A stretch of 62,208 nucleotides of DNA, filler included, from Choristocarpus tenellus KU-1152 (taxonomy: Eukaryota; Protista; Phaeophyceae): assembly GCA_964200185.2 (NCBI GenBank). It is 11 parts of 11 records of this genome, joined end to end, with 100 filler letters (N's around TTAATTAATTAA, not from the genome) between each part and the next. Parts side by side here need not be neighbours in the genome. Positions count along the whole stretch, not along the records: positions 37,153 to 40,641 come from CAXNAD020019684.1; positions 40,742 to 52,048 come from CAXNAD020002392.1; 9 more parts are not named here. One strand, written 5' to 3'. Positions 37,053 to 49,928 of this stretch are shown here, piece after piece; position 1 is the first letter of the stretch, and every line of letters begins with the position of its first letter. Under the pieces are notes generated by a model. The model made no database searches, was not told the DNA's origin, and saw only the letters and a program-made list of their open reading frames with translations. A program made the translations under genes and the position numbers.

Positions 37053-37789
37053 NNNNNNNNNNNNNNNNNNNNNNNNNNNNNNNNNNNNNNNNNNNNTTAA
37101 TTAATTAANNNNNNNNNNNNNNNNNNNNNNNNNNNNNNNNNNNNNNNNNNNNCCCTCATTGCTCTCGCGTAAACACACCTCCCAACCCCCCCCCCCCCCC
37201 CCACCTCCCCCTCCCTACCACCATCACCAAAGTAAAAAAAAAAACCTGCAACGGGTCCAATACCAAGTAAAGTGCTACACAAATAAGAAAAACATCCCGG
37301 CACGAGAGAGAGCGCCGATGAGAGCTAAAAATATACACTTCAACTTCAACTTCAACTTCAACTCTTGTGTACCTTTCCACTACGACACAGCACAGCACGG
37401 CGGTAACTCCAGCGTACAAAAAAATTTAAAAAAAAATGTCGACTGGTGTCTAGTGTTCTAGTTATCGCCTTCTTCAACACGCTGCATGCGTGTACTCACA
37501 GCGGGGCTACAAAAAAAAAAAACGAAGGCCAAGAGTCATACATATCCAAACCTCTTCTCTTTTGTTTTTACAACAGGGGAGACGAACGACTTTCTTGCTG
37601 CACGTGGGTCCACTGTTGACATTACCGGGTACGTACGGTATAGAGACTCTACCTTTCATCCTACCTTCACACCCCCCGCTCTTTGTGCCTACCCTTTCAA
37701 ACGGACACTATAAATCTGTAGCAGGTTGGCATACTTTATGCCCCCCCCCACCCCCCCCCCTCAGTGTCAGTGCCAAGGTTACTTCAAAT

Positions 37790-40114
37790 TTCCTCACGTT
37801 TGCTACCGTTGGTGTCATCTTCCCCACAGTGGCCCTCAGTCTATCGGCGTCCACCTCCTCCTCTATCTGCTTGAAGCTGTCCTCTCCCTTGGGCTCCACG
37901 AGCATTCGGAGAGCAGGGCCTGTTTGTGCTGCCCTCCTTTTTTTTAATACAAGAGAGAGAGACACACAGAAACAGAGATACAGAGATGAGGAGAGAAATA
38001 TGTATACATACTAGCTTTTCTTTTTTAAAGTGATATTGCAAGAGGAAGGAAGGTACAAATTAAAAAAAGACAGTCACTTCACGCAAAAAATATGTATATA
38101 TATATATATATATCTAGTGTGTAAACATAGAAATTTAGTATGTACATACACATACACACAGAAGCATTCACTTATCTCATACAAACAGTTAAAATATTGG
38201 AGTCCTGTAGTAGATGAGAATGTGGAATCGGTGCCATGGGTGTGGCACAATATATTCGGGAATAGACTGGAGCAACAGCTACCTGGCACATGCAACGGCA
38301 AACCCCTGAGGTAGAGACAATCATTTTCCAACCAACAAGTACATGCGCACCACCCTACCTTAAAAACAAAACCAAGTTGTTGCAAGCTGGTTAGATTGGT
38401 AATAGGTAGAGTAGAAAATATATATAATATTTATCGTTTGAAGGTGAAAAAATCATCCAGTACTTGCCTGTGAGACTGGATTAGTCTGGGTTTTTTTCCA
38501 AACTAGTAACAAAAATAATCATGGGTTTTTTTAACCATGGTGCAGGTAACACACAAGAGCCAATCGAAATCCATGCTTTACACATCACCATCACATCGAT
38601 TGACAAAAAGAGATACCAATGTTGACGACAAGAGGTACAAATGCTAAAATACACTTGGTCGTGAAAAAAGTGGGAATATTATTGGAGGAAAAGAAAAAAC
38701 AAGTAGGATTTCCTACACAGATGGCGTTGGCTAAGAGTTGTGTACCTGGTGTTTGGGTTGAGATGTTGTGGTTGGGTTGCATTATGTCAAAGGAGGTGGT
38801 GATATAATGATGGCAACAATAGCAGTAGAGGCAGTAGCAGTAACGGCAATAAAAACAGAAAAAGGGTATGTATGGAGATGTGAAGAGTACCAGAGAGTGA
38901 GGTGCTGAATTCCACGTTGAAGATGCATCCAATACATGAATAGTACATACGCTCAAACACACGCCTTATGCACACACGGGCGCGCGCGCGCGTGCACACG
39001 GCAGTAAACATTGAGTGTATTGGAATCTCAACGACATCGATGTTTGGATCGGTGTGATCCTGGGCACATGAACACTTGCAGAAAAAACTGCTCAATCGCA
39101 GAAGCTTGCATTCTGTCTTTACACTCGCAGCTAGAGCTAATAGGAGCATGACCGGCGAACTTGTCTACTTCATGGCATGAATTACAGGTCATGATACGAT
39201 ATTGGAGGGCTCAGTGCAGGTGGTGAGGAGATAGGAACGGCTTGTCAAGCTTATTCAAGGTGCAAGAAACTGAAAATTGCTTCCAAAAACATCAAGCTCG
39301 GTGTCATGCAACAGTCTCTTTTTCAATTGATACATATTGCCAACGTACATATATCATGCTATCCAAATAAAATGGTGTCCTATTTAGTACCAGTAGGGAG
39401 CGACGACGGAAAGATCAGGACATACCGACACAAAAGCAAGCTAACAATGTGTAGATGAATGCGACCTACACATCATCAAAATGTTAACAAGGAAAAATAG
39501 CCATGAGGCGAAAAGCATAGGTGAAGTAGGGGCAAAGACAAGTCGTGTTGGAGAGGATGGCTCATGAAACATGCATGTCAATCAAGAACCAAATACTCAG
39601 AAAGCACACAGCACCTACTATCGTGGATGTAGCTTTGCAGGAAAGACGGATAAGGGGCAAGGGAGAGATAATGGAGCAATGATGGGATGACAACGAGGCT
39701 ATCGTTTGTGTTGCACACGACCATGCACATCTCAAAGCATGCCACAAATTCAGACAGAATTCCACCATTCAGCTGTTAAAGATTCTCTACGTGGTCTAGT
39801 ATAGCTCGTTGGTATGACTTCCCCTGTGCAATAATCGAGAGGGCTCGTTGGGGCAACGTACAGATTCAGCCTCATCAGGTCCTCAACCCTCCACACCCCT
39901 GAACCGTTCGTCTTCTTACCTTGCATGTGTTCGCCAGACCGACGCCACAGATCTGCGTGAGGAAGATTGCCCCTTTGCACTCACAATAGACTTCACAGGT
40001 TGTGCTGGTAAGAACGCCGATACTGCTCCTAGTGACGCCACAGCCACTATGGTAACACAAGCAACCCTCATCCTACCGCCCAAACCCCACATGGCACCTT
40101 TCTCTCGTCCCATC
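37790..40114 (-). CDS. Nucleus-encoded plastid-targeted protein of unknown function, 5' part
   Basis: The first exon encodes MRVACVTIVAVASLGAVSA|FLPAQP..SSSRRSVAS (signal peptide, ASAFAP-like cleavage site, Ser/Arg-rich transit peptide) and ends AG|GTAAG near 39919. A putative micro-exon lies at 38305-38283. The exon from about 37917 reads PALRMLVEPKGEDSFKQIEEEVDADRLRATVGKMTPTVAN. Confidence 0.7.
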
Positions 40115-41190
40115 TGAGCAAAAGAAAGACGCAGTGCCTGGGATCCCAACCCCCCAAGGTCTTTGGTCTCCTCCTCAGCCCAGCTCGGTGGGCCTCGTTC
40201 GAGACTCCGATTGCTACGTTATGTTCAACTGAGAGCCGCGTGTATGTCCTGGACCGCATACACAACATTGACCGATTAAGGTATATCTCAAAGAGGTCTC
40301 ATTTATGAAGGTATAGCTCGATCAAAATACATTGGTTTGTAACTATATAAGAGAGGGTATGGTCAAGCCAAAGAACCCTCTCTTATATCCCGACCCTCTC
40401 TTGTTGTACGTAAGAACGGTTTACTCTAAGATCGAGGGATCGTGATAAGAGAAACCTATGTTATATCAAGCAACAGTGTGGTACTCACTTTATACTTGTC
40501 CCTGAACGACGACAGAGCGACGCCCTTGCTGTATGTGCTTCCCATGTGCCTTCAAGAGTAGTTACATGTAGACATGTATTGAATATTGCCCTCGGTGAGC
40601 CCATTTCGATGAAACTGTGGTGGTGCAGCAAGCACCACATCNNNNNNNNNNNNNNNNNNNNNNNNNNNNNNNNNNNNNNNNNNNNTTAATTAATTAANNN
40701 NNNNNNNNNNNNNNNNNNNNNNNNNNNNNNNNNNNNNNNNNATATGTATATAGTTTCCATTGGTTTTCTCCTGACACATCTGCAAAATATCAGAGGGCAT
40801 AATAAAATAAATCAGAAAAGGTTACGTATGTATGGAATATGCTGACGTACAGTTTTTGGTAACAAAAACGTGTCCAAGAACTTAAAGTGGGACCTGTTCT
40901 TCACCATTTATTTGTTACGCCCTATATTTTGGTTTTTATTTGTAGTTGATGGTGTCAACAAGCTACCGACAGTAGATTATATACAACACAAAAATTCCTT
41001 TTTCACCACTTCTTCTAATCTATCATTTTGTCATTTTGTCATTTTCTCCTCACTATTGCGGTCGGTAGATTTATCGGTCATGATGTCATGATCCCAACAC
41101 GCTCGTCTCCAAAACCTGGTGAAATTACTTCTCTTGGACCTCACCTCTCTTCTCACTCTACCTCCTCCAGTACGCTGAGACAGAGTGACC

Positions 41191-43885
41191 ATGGTCTTCA
41201 GGGGTGCATGGAAGGCTTACAATTCCGCGTTGGAGTCTAACCCACTTGTGGTAAAGGCTCTGACTTCTTTGACTGGTTTCACGGTGGGAGACGTTCTTGC
41301 CCAGAAATTCATCTCCCCCGAGGCCGAGTATGACTTTATGCGTACGGCACGTCTGGGTGAGTAAAGTAATATTGTTAGTACCACAGCCGTGCTTACAGTG
41401 TCGTCTACATGGTGTGCCTGGCGGAGGAGAGTGATAAGAGTCTCGGGTTTCCTTGTGTTTGTTTCTTGAAGGTAATCATTTTGATGCAGTGCCTGACACC
41501 ACGACATCAAATGTATGTACATGTTACTTTCGCTATCCATTCAAGCGCATAACTCTAATGCTGAATTGTTGGAACCGTGTGAGGTGTTAAGCGAAGCTAG
41601 TCGATGTCGATCCTTGCTCAATTCCAACACCCCGCCATTGTGACGTTGTCACGACTACGATGGATGGAGTACCCATCAATCTAGGTGCAGGGTAGAGCCC
41701 TACCTCCTGCCCCCTGTGTGTCTGAGAAGTGTCCCATTCACCACATTTACCATTCTTATCGTTGCGCAAGTGGAAACAGTGTTGTGGGTGGTAGAACCTT
41801 GTTCGGATGTCGTTAGAACCTTCCACACCTTCCACAAAGCAGTCTTGCCTCAACAGAATACCTTCAACTTCCACCCTTCTTCTTACATGCCGCTGCTCAT
41901 TTCGCATGGGTGAGGCCCCATTGCGAAAACACTCACCTCTGAGGTCCAGGTCGCAAATCTTCTGTTACTCCCAACAAATCTTCTGTTCCTTCCACTTCAC
42001 CTCTCACCTGCTCGATCAACTCCTCATACCTCTTTCCTTACACGAACACGCTGTAAACCTCTTCAGCATCCTTCGGTGGTCTCGTCCATGGCCCCACTGG
42101 ACACTACTTCTATGGCTTCCTGGACTCCAAGCTGCCAGGAACAAAGCCTATGACAGTGGCCTCCAAGGTTGCCATTGATCAGGTAGGTTGTTACGTTCAT
42201 CCTTTTAGGTCGGCCAAAGGAGGGGAAAAGTTGAAGTTGAAGGATATTTATGAACCTGCGGAGGAGGATAAGATTGGCAAGAAAGGTGGGTATGTAGCCC
42301 ACAGGTGTAGGGAAACTTTGTTATTCTTGTCTGTTAGTGAAGGGAAAGGGAAATTTAGGGGGTAATGACTGCGTTCGGCAAAATCTTGGCTCGTGGAACC
42401 ACACAGGCAAATATGAATTGCTGCTTGACTTAAGGTGTCCCAGAAGAAGCCCACACCACTCTGGAGGAAATTTTTTTTGTTCAGGCAAATTGTTATTCTC
42501 CTTGAATTTTTCCCTACCCACTGCTCCCCTGGCTCTGCAGATGGGATGTTAACTCCCACTGCATCCATGATGATGTATCTTGCGCGTGTGTCACAGGACA
42601 CCTTACATAAAAGGGTTTCCGGGGTTGAGCTCGGGAAGTTGTATGTACCAAAAGTCCCCTTAAAAATGTCAGTGAGTCGGTGTGATGTCTGATTAATGTT
42701 GAATGAATATTTCCATTTAACCTTTAATTGCACTTCCCTTACATCCCAAGACCTCCATCCCCCTATCCTCCTCTGTTGGGTATGCTATATACTGCCTACC
42801 AGACCATCTGGAACCCCATCTTTGGTGTGATGTTCTTTTCCTACCTGGGAGTATTGGAGGGCAAGACGCCCACTGAAATCAAGGATAAGATCGCAGCTGA
42901 TCTTCAGACGGCTGTGATGGGATCATGGACTGTGTGGATCCCTGCACATACAATCAACTTCAAGTTTGTACCCACCTCACAGCGGCTCTTGTACATCAAC
43001 ACAATTCAGGTACGTGATTCATAAACTGATGCCAGGTAGTCTAGAGAGGTGACTTTTATCTATTCCTGTTGAGGGTTTTTTGTGGTGTGGATATGAACTT
43101 TGCGATAGGTTTCTGATCATTAGATAGCATCTGTTCTGCTGAAAACTTGTGTTGATCATCCCGTGACCTGACCAAGTCTTTCAAGGGTGTTGTAATTGTT
43201 TTGTACTCCACATCCTCTTTTTATAATTTCTGCCTCTGTAACCCCCTTGCATTCTACGTATAGTGTTAAGCATTGTCATCAAAATTCCTAAGACCAGCCC
43301 ATGATTAATATATCTATATGAAATATATGCTGCATGTGTTCTATGTGTTTAGTACTATTGCTGTACTCTGCATTTAAAGATCCTGATTTTTCTGATAGAT
43401 AATGCATGATAACTGTCTTTGGCATCTAAGCTATGGTACTATTGGCACCTTGTGTGGTTAGATCGAGTACACTTTGGATTTGCTGGTAGATCAACTTCCA
43501 TGAAGATAATAGGTATTGACAATTCATCTTCATTGTAGATAATCTTAATGACACTTGGTGTGTTCCTGAGAGGGCTTCTCATGGAGCCCTCAGATATTTG
43601 AGGCAACACAAGAATATGAACCTTCATCCAAGGAGACACATAATGTGCTTGTGTCTACATTGTGACATTTTTCTATTGAGTACCATCAACAGTTGCCACA
43701 CAAGTTAGGAAGGATTTTTGTTAGATTTTTTGCAACTTTGTTTATTGATGTTTTTCTGGTCAATCCCCTCCCCCTGGAAAATCTAGATCGGGTACAACGT
43801 CTTCTTGTCATTCCTGGGTAACAAGAAGGCAGATGATGGACCAGTGATTGAAGAGATCCAGGATGTGCCATCATCCAAGGCATGA
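41191..43885 (+). CDS. Mpv17/PMP22 (PXMP2/SYM1) family membrane protein (complete)
   Basis: Exons 41191-41356, 42067-42182, 42803-43009 and 43787-43885 give MVFRGAWKAYNSALESNPLVVKALTS...GDVLAQ...RTARLASFG...VASKVAIDQTIWNP...SWTVWIPAHTINFKFVPTSQRLLYINTIQIGYNVFLSFLGN...*. Confidence 0.95.
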
Positions 43886-46686
43886 AAACCCTGATGTTAA
43901 CGAGGCAGGGGGGGGTAGCAAGGAGAAGACTAAACTGTTTTGTGTTGGGATTACACATAATAGATGAGGTGTGGGTCCACTCCAAGTGGAGCAGGGATGT
44001 ATGTTGATAGGGGATGAGATTTCAGCGGGTGACTGTTGCTTATATCTTGAAGTTAAATATCACATGCTGTGGTGCCACACAGGGTGTCTGTTGACATATC
44101 ACTGTAATGGACAGGTGGAAGTACCGGCTGTTTTCTGTGTGGTCACCTTCGTGGACATTGGTATATATGTTCTGAACTGTGAGCATGGCTGGCGTTTCCA
44201 GCTTGGCATTTTTGTTACCATTTGTCTCTTTGTACATGAGATTTTGCAAAGGAAAAGTGAACTCCAAAGGACTCGATTCCGCTGGAGCAGGACCTGGTTA
44301 TTTATTCAAAATTGATTTTCCAGTTGTTCCCAAGTTGCTGCCCATGATCCTGTGTGGTTGTGTTGGCAAGGACCAAGTTCCTGGAGGCGGAGAGATGGGG
44401 GGTTGGTGGTGCCTGCCGATCGTGAAACACCTCACTTTGAATACCCATTCACTCGTCCACAGTAAGCAGTGTCTGGAGTATATAATCAGGTTGGAGGCCT
44501 GTTCTGTTGTCCTACACCTCAAGAGGCGATAAGTTTGATCAATTTTGAAAGAGAATAGAAGTTCTGTGTCATAATGGAGGGAGAGGAACAGGAACTTCAG
44601 ACGCACATACTCCTGTGGTGGTGCATTTGTCTGATTGGGGCATTGAATATGAGGTGGTGTCTGACCTCTTCCATCAGAATTCAGAATGGGTTGTGTTCCT
44701 GGCATGTTGTGATGAGTCTAAGCACTCTGAGATCAACAAACCTTGCAGTTTTCATGCAGTGAAAGTGAGTATTAGTGCAACACTCTCTGTTCCCATTGAG
44801 TATGATGTATACTGTAGTACATTTAACTGCCTAACTGTATCCAGTTGTATCAAGCTTATAGTGAAAAGTTACCTCTATACACTCTGCATAAAATTTACCA
44901 TTTTGTTTGGGTCTTTTAAATATTAATGATGCCTCATCTCTCATCGTCTTGTCAACCAAAACATCTTAGTTGGTGCTCACAAATCAATTTCAAGGGCTAG
45001 CTCCTTTTTTTCTCCTGTGTTTCAGGTCTGATCCTTGTGCACAACTCACTCTGATGAGTGTGGGGTGAATTTGCTGTCACTATGAATCTCGCCACCCTAA
45101 TGTAAGCAAGACCCAAGTGCAAGATCTCATTGTACACAACACAATCGTATCATTTACTCTCACGAAAAATCCCATTTCCACGACACAAACAATACAGGAA
45201 AAAGTGCAAAAGGCAAGGAACCCCATAAGAACCAGAGAAAAATCTAGGGAAAATCTCATGCTCCGACATGTTTGTAATACTGTTATCTACATCTAGATCG
45301 CCAATACTATCATGGGAATGTGTGTTTATGTCCTTGTCACTACTTCTAAGTCCTTGCCATCGTACTTCAACTCATATTCTTCTGACTGACTGCATTGCTG
45401 ATTCCCAGACCCTGACCATGAGTTTGATGCAATACTGACCACATCACATCAACCTCACTCGTATTTAGACTAGCTGATAAGCTGATCCCATACACTCGAC
45501 TACTCAAGTCCAAAGCTCCCTCTCACTTCGCTGGAGCAGCCTTTTCTCAGAAATGTGAACAGAACCTGTTGTAGCACAAGCATGCAAGCCTTCGTATTGT
45601 TTCTTGTCCAATGACCAAAGCTTTCCAAAAGCTTCCCAGGTCTACTTACACCCTAGTCAAAGCAGTTCGTATCACTACAGCATGATCCAAATTTCCTTAG
45701 CCATACAGGTGATGCTGCACAAATCCACCAACATGCAAGGGCAACACGCTCTTCTGCTGCTAAATCATTTTTCAACACACACAATAGCCTCCTGTCTTAA
45801 CACAGCGTAAAAATCTTAACCTATAGTGCTCACTGATCAAATCACTTGGAACAATTAAGAACTACACAAGCCAGAACATCAGGAGCAACAAATTTTATCT
45901 GATACAAAGAATAGACCAGGAGACAGTAGCACTGAAGAGTTCAAAAAAAGCACATATAAAAAAACATAAAAATCACTTCTCAAAGTATGTATACCCTCCA
46001 AGGGCCTACTGGACGGCAGTCCACTCACCAAGTAAAAGGAGGGTAAGGTCAAGAGGGGGAAGAGGAAAAGATTACCAAGGATTAAAAGCACACCATAAAA
46101 AAGCAGCAAGAGAGATCAGTCCACAAGCACGCCCATCACCAGTCTGACTCCCAGGGTCGGAAGACCAAATGAGCAACATCAATCGTGGCCTGTACATATT
46201 TCTTCCAAAAGAAATAACAATGGTCAGATGCACTTATTGGTGGTTGTATTTCTAGCATGCATAGGGCTCTAGAGCAAGCACTATTAATAATACTACAATG
46301 TGTCAAGATTTTGCCAACAAAAAATCATTGCCCCTTCCACGGGCAAGGAACTCAAGTACTGATTCTGCTATGTGCTGTACAATACACAATGTTATCACCT
46401 GCATCACGCTGCAGGTTAAAGCTCACATGTGAAACGTAGGACTACAGTAGACAGCTTGGTAGTCAGTGCACAACCCTTTGTTAAAGAGTCTGATTGTGGA
46501 GTAGACAGGACAAAACCTGACCAGACATTTCACAAGAACTGTCCATACACAATTCACTCAGGTAGATCTCACTGTTGTGTCACAGGATGGGTTTGCAGCT
46601 GTTGCTGCAGCTCCTGCCATCACTGCTGCAGCTGCTGTAGGTATCATGGTTACTGCCCCTGCAGTCTCAACCCCAGATTCAACATC

Positions 46687-49600
46687 CTAAGCCTTCGCTT
46701 CCACCCATCCAACAATTGTGATCTCAGCCTGACCCCCAGCCAGGAGATGGAACTGCTTCAGGTCTTGCAAACCAGGTGAGCCACCTTCAAGGCGTTCAAT
46801 TGCTAGCTGCACCTCTTCCAGCATGCGTCGCCCAGGGCCGCAGAAATCTTTGAGTGTTGCTACCAGCATTGCCCCTGGGCGGGCTACCCCACTTTTTAGG
46901 ACAGCCAGAAGGACTGTGGCCAGGACCTCGGGCTCCGTGTTCATGTCACTCACAATTACATCTGCTCCCACAACCTCCTCCTGGGAACATGCTTGGCTGC
47001 CTTCATCAACACCAATGTACTCCTCTTCCTGAGTCACACCATGGGAACCTGCAATGGAATCGCCTGTAGTGGCATCTGTTGTGAGGGGCAAGGTAGGTAT
47101 AAAATGTGAACTAATACATGTAGTGCATGTTGAATCAGAATGGGCCCAATATTGTAGTAACCAGAGTTATGGATGGCTGGTAAATATCAGGGGCACAAGG
47201 ATATCAGCCTCGATTCAAAGTGTCTCAGACAGATTACAACGTGATAGTATGATCAAGTTCTGTTGAAAAGGAGTTGAAAATTTGCATGCACATGATCTGC
47301 ACGTTGAACCTACCTTGATACCATGGTGGTAAGGGATCAGGATGGCTGTATTATATAGCAAAGTATGTGATGCAGCAGCAAAATACCCAGCTCTTCAGAG
47401 AAAGGGACCCAAATGAAGATTCTCAGGTAAAACACCTCTTCCTCCTCTGAGTAAGTCACGCCACACAATATCAGCACACAATTTTCTGAAGTGTCTTTTC
47501 CAAAACCATCCCTCCTTTCCAAGTAGTTTCCCCTTGTTCTTTGCCATGATGGACTCTGCTACATCCCACTGGATCCTAATCTCTAGAACAATTTCATTCT
47601 CTCCACATGGAGCTCTAATGTCTTTGTTCCAAAATTCATTCAACAGGCCTGCTAACCAGTCCCGCCAAATTTCCCCCTCCCCAGCCTCTCACAGTACCCA
47701 CACACTGCTTCAATCGAAAGCGTCTATACATTATACTCATTGCCAACCTTTGTTACCCATCGCCTGCATTGAGAAAAGGAGATCCTCATGCGACAGCTCA
47801 ATCTTCTTCTTGATGTGAACAACATTGGGCAGGGCTACCACTGTAGGATCCATCTCAGCAGGGTCCACAGAAAGCACTTGCCGACAACGAGCGGCTAGAA
47901 ATGAGGTCCACCCCCCGGGTGCAGAACCAATATCAACCTAAACAAATTTCAGGTGCAAGGGAATGGGGCAGGGGGTTGAGTTGAGGGGAGTTTGCAGGTA
48001 CACTTCATGGACGCAAATATGGAAGGGGTTGAGTGGCAGAATGCAGGAGGCATACAGATGTGAAATAGGGATTAAGGTAGCTGGTTTAAGGAGGGTAGAG
48101 GGATAGGGAGGTCAGGCCTGTCAAATATGTTGTAGTGACATGGGTATGTCACCATGCGACATGCAGATGCAAGAAGGGCTCATAGATATGCACCAAACAG
48201 AGCTTAAATTCACTGGAAAGTAGAAAGTAAAAAGATTCATGAGTGTCAGGCGATGAAAAGTCAGAGAGAGTTTCTTGCCCATTCCTTAAAACACATTGCA
48301 AGCCTGCATGTGAGAGCAACAGGCTCCTACCGAGAGTACATAGAGCATAGTAAACTCATTGTCAAAACCAACAGCAATTGGAGCCTTTTGTGAGCAATAC
48401 TTCCCCATGAATTCGATCAACACAACACCACCCACCGCAATCCACTGGCTGATGTAGGAGAGATTGGCCCTAATCGTGACCTCCTTGAGTTTGTAGAAAG
48501 CTCGGGACACTGCTGAGCGGTTTTGATTCCCATTGATAAGGAGTCCCACATGTGCACTGGCTTCCGACAGGCCAAAGAGGTAGGCACCGCGGACATAAAC
48601 AATGCTGAGGACATACGCAAAATTGCCTACTTGGCGCTCTCGGGTCATGCCAAGGAAGTGGACCCATGAGGGGGAGACATCCTGGACTAAGTCTTCTTCC
48701 ATCACCTTGGGGATGCCCTGCACGCGAACACCAAGCGAGGTGGTAGTTGGGGCCTGGGATGAGGGAGGAGGCTCGGAGACCGGTGATGGAAATGATGGAG
48801 AATATGTCTTGGTGTCACCCTCCAATACCCCTCCAACTTCTTGGAAACGTTTCCTGTCCCTTGGTACCTCTGAGCTGCAAGAATCTATTTGGCCTCGGTC
48901 TGGTAGCGATGATGCTGAGAGCTTCTGGGACGAGACAATGGTCGACACCTGGAAAATGTAGGTCGGAGGTACGAAAAACAGTAAGAAATGTTCCAAAAGA
49001 TGCTTTGTGTGGTACCTCAGGGCTGACTAACAGCCCCTCAGCACATAAATTGATGCCCCACCTGTGCACAATAAAACTTTGTGCGCAGTGATTTACGCCG
49101 GACCTCGTATGCGAAAACTGTTCGATGCCTCTCCTATTCTGTCCTCTTCATCCTGATCATCATTTCTCCACGCCTCGTGAACACTTACCTGCCTTCCCAC
49201 ATCCTCCATACTGCTGGCCATCCCATCACCCACGATGTAGACTCGCAAAACCACCCGACAGACAACTGGATCCTCGCTACACCGCTTGGAGAAGAGCTGG
49301 GGGTCCTTTGCTTCTACCAGCAATGCGTGCTGGTTGAAGCGACTCGTCCCGGACCGAGTAACACCCACCACGCTTGCCAGCCCGCCCACGCCCAGCACCG
49401 ACTCCACATAGGCCGCTAGACGCTTCAGGTACCCACCTTCTGTCTGTAGGGCGACATTAACTCTTGCCATATCCGGATCAGTCAGCCCTGTTCCTTCTGG
49501 ATGAGGATAGGTGCAATCCTCGCCCCACACGCATGGATCCCGGCCCCATGGGTCGCCCAACCAGAGACAGTGAGCTTGGCAAGGATCCAACTTCGTATCG

Positions 49601-49928
49601 TGGATGACAGGAACAGGGGTCAGGCGCGTCGATTGCATTGAGTCTCGAATTGAGGTTGAAATTTTTGGACCAACTCACCATGGTTGGTTGCATGCGTTAT
49701 CTATCATCGTAAAATCTGGCCCACTTAGGTTGCAGGTCTCGGTACAATTGGTGGAGATCGTTGTAGCTTTACCTGATCCTTTAGAGTGTGAGCCATGCGA
49801 CACTCATCCCCCCTCCAGCAATCGTTCTTATGGAAATAACGACATGGTTTCGGTTTTCTCGCACGACGAGTGGAGACTGAAGAAAGATTGCCTACCCCTG
49901 CGCGTCCAATGATGGTTTCTTCTCCCAT
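46687..49928 (-). CDS. FtsJ/RlmM-like SAM-dependent RNA 2'-O-methyltransferase with two N-terminal CCCH zinc fingers (apparently complete)
   Basis: Exons 49928-49773, 49590-49201, 48948-48436, 47937-47757 and about 47075-46687. Fingers: CRYFHKNDCWRGDECRMAH and C..CVWGEDCTYPH. Methyltransferase motifs: VSRAFYKLKE, VDIGSAPGGWT, SVDPAE, VIVSDMN, ATLKD and QAEIT (K-D-K-E tetrad). Confidence 0.9.

Noticed and set aside
43900-46680. Several 60-135 aa ORFs between the Mpv17 gene and the methyltransferase
   Set aside because: They have no motifs and overlap on both strands, consistent with long convergent 3' UTRs or intergenic DNA.
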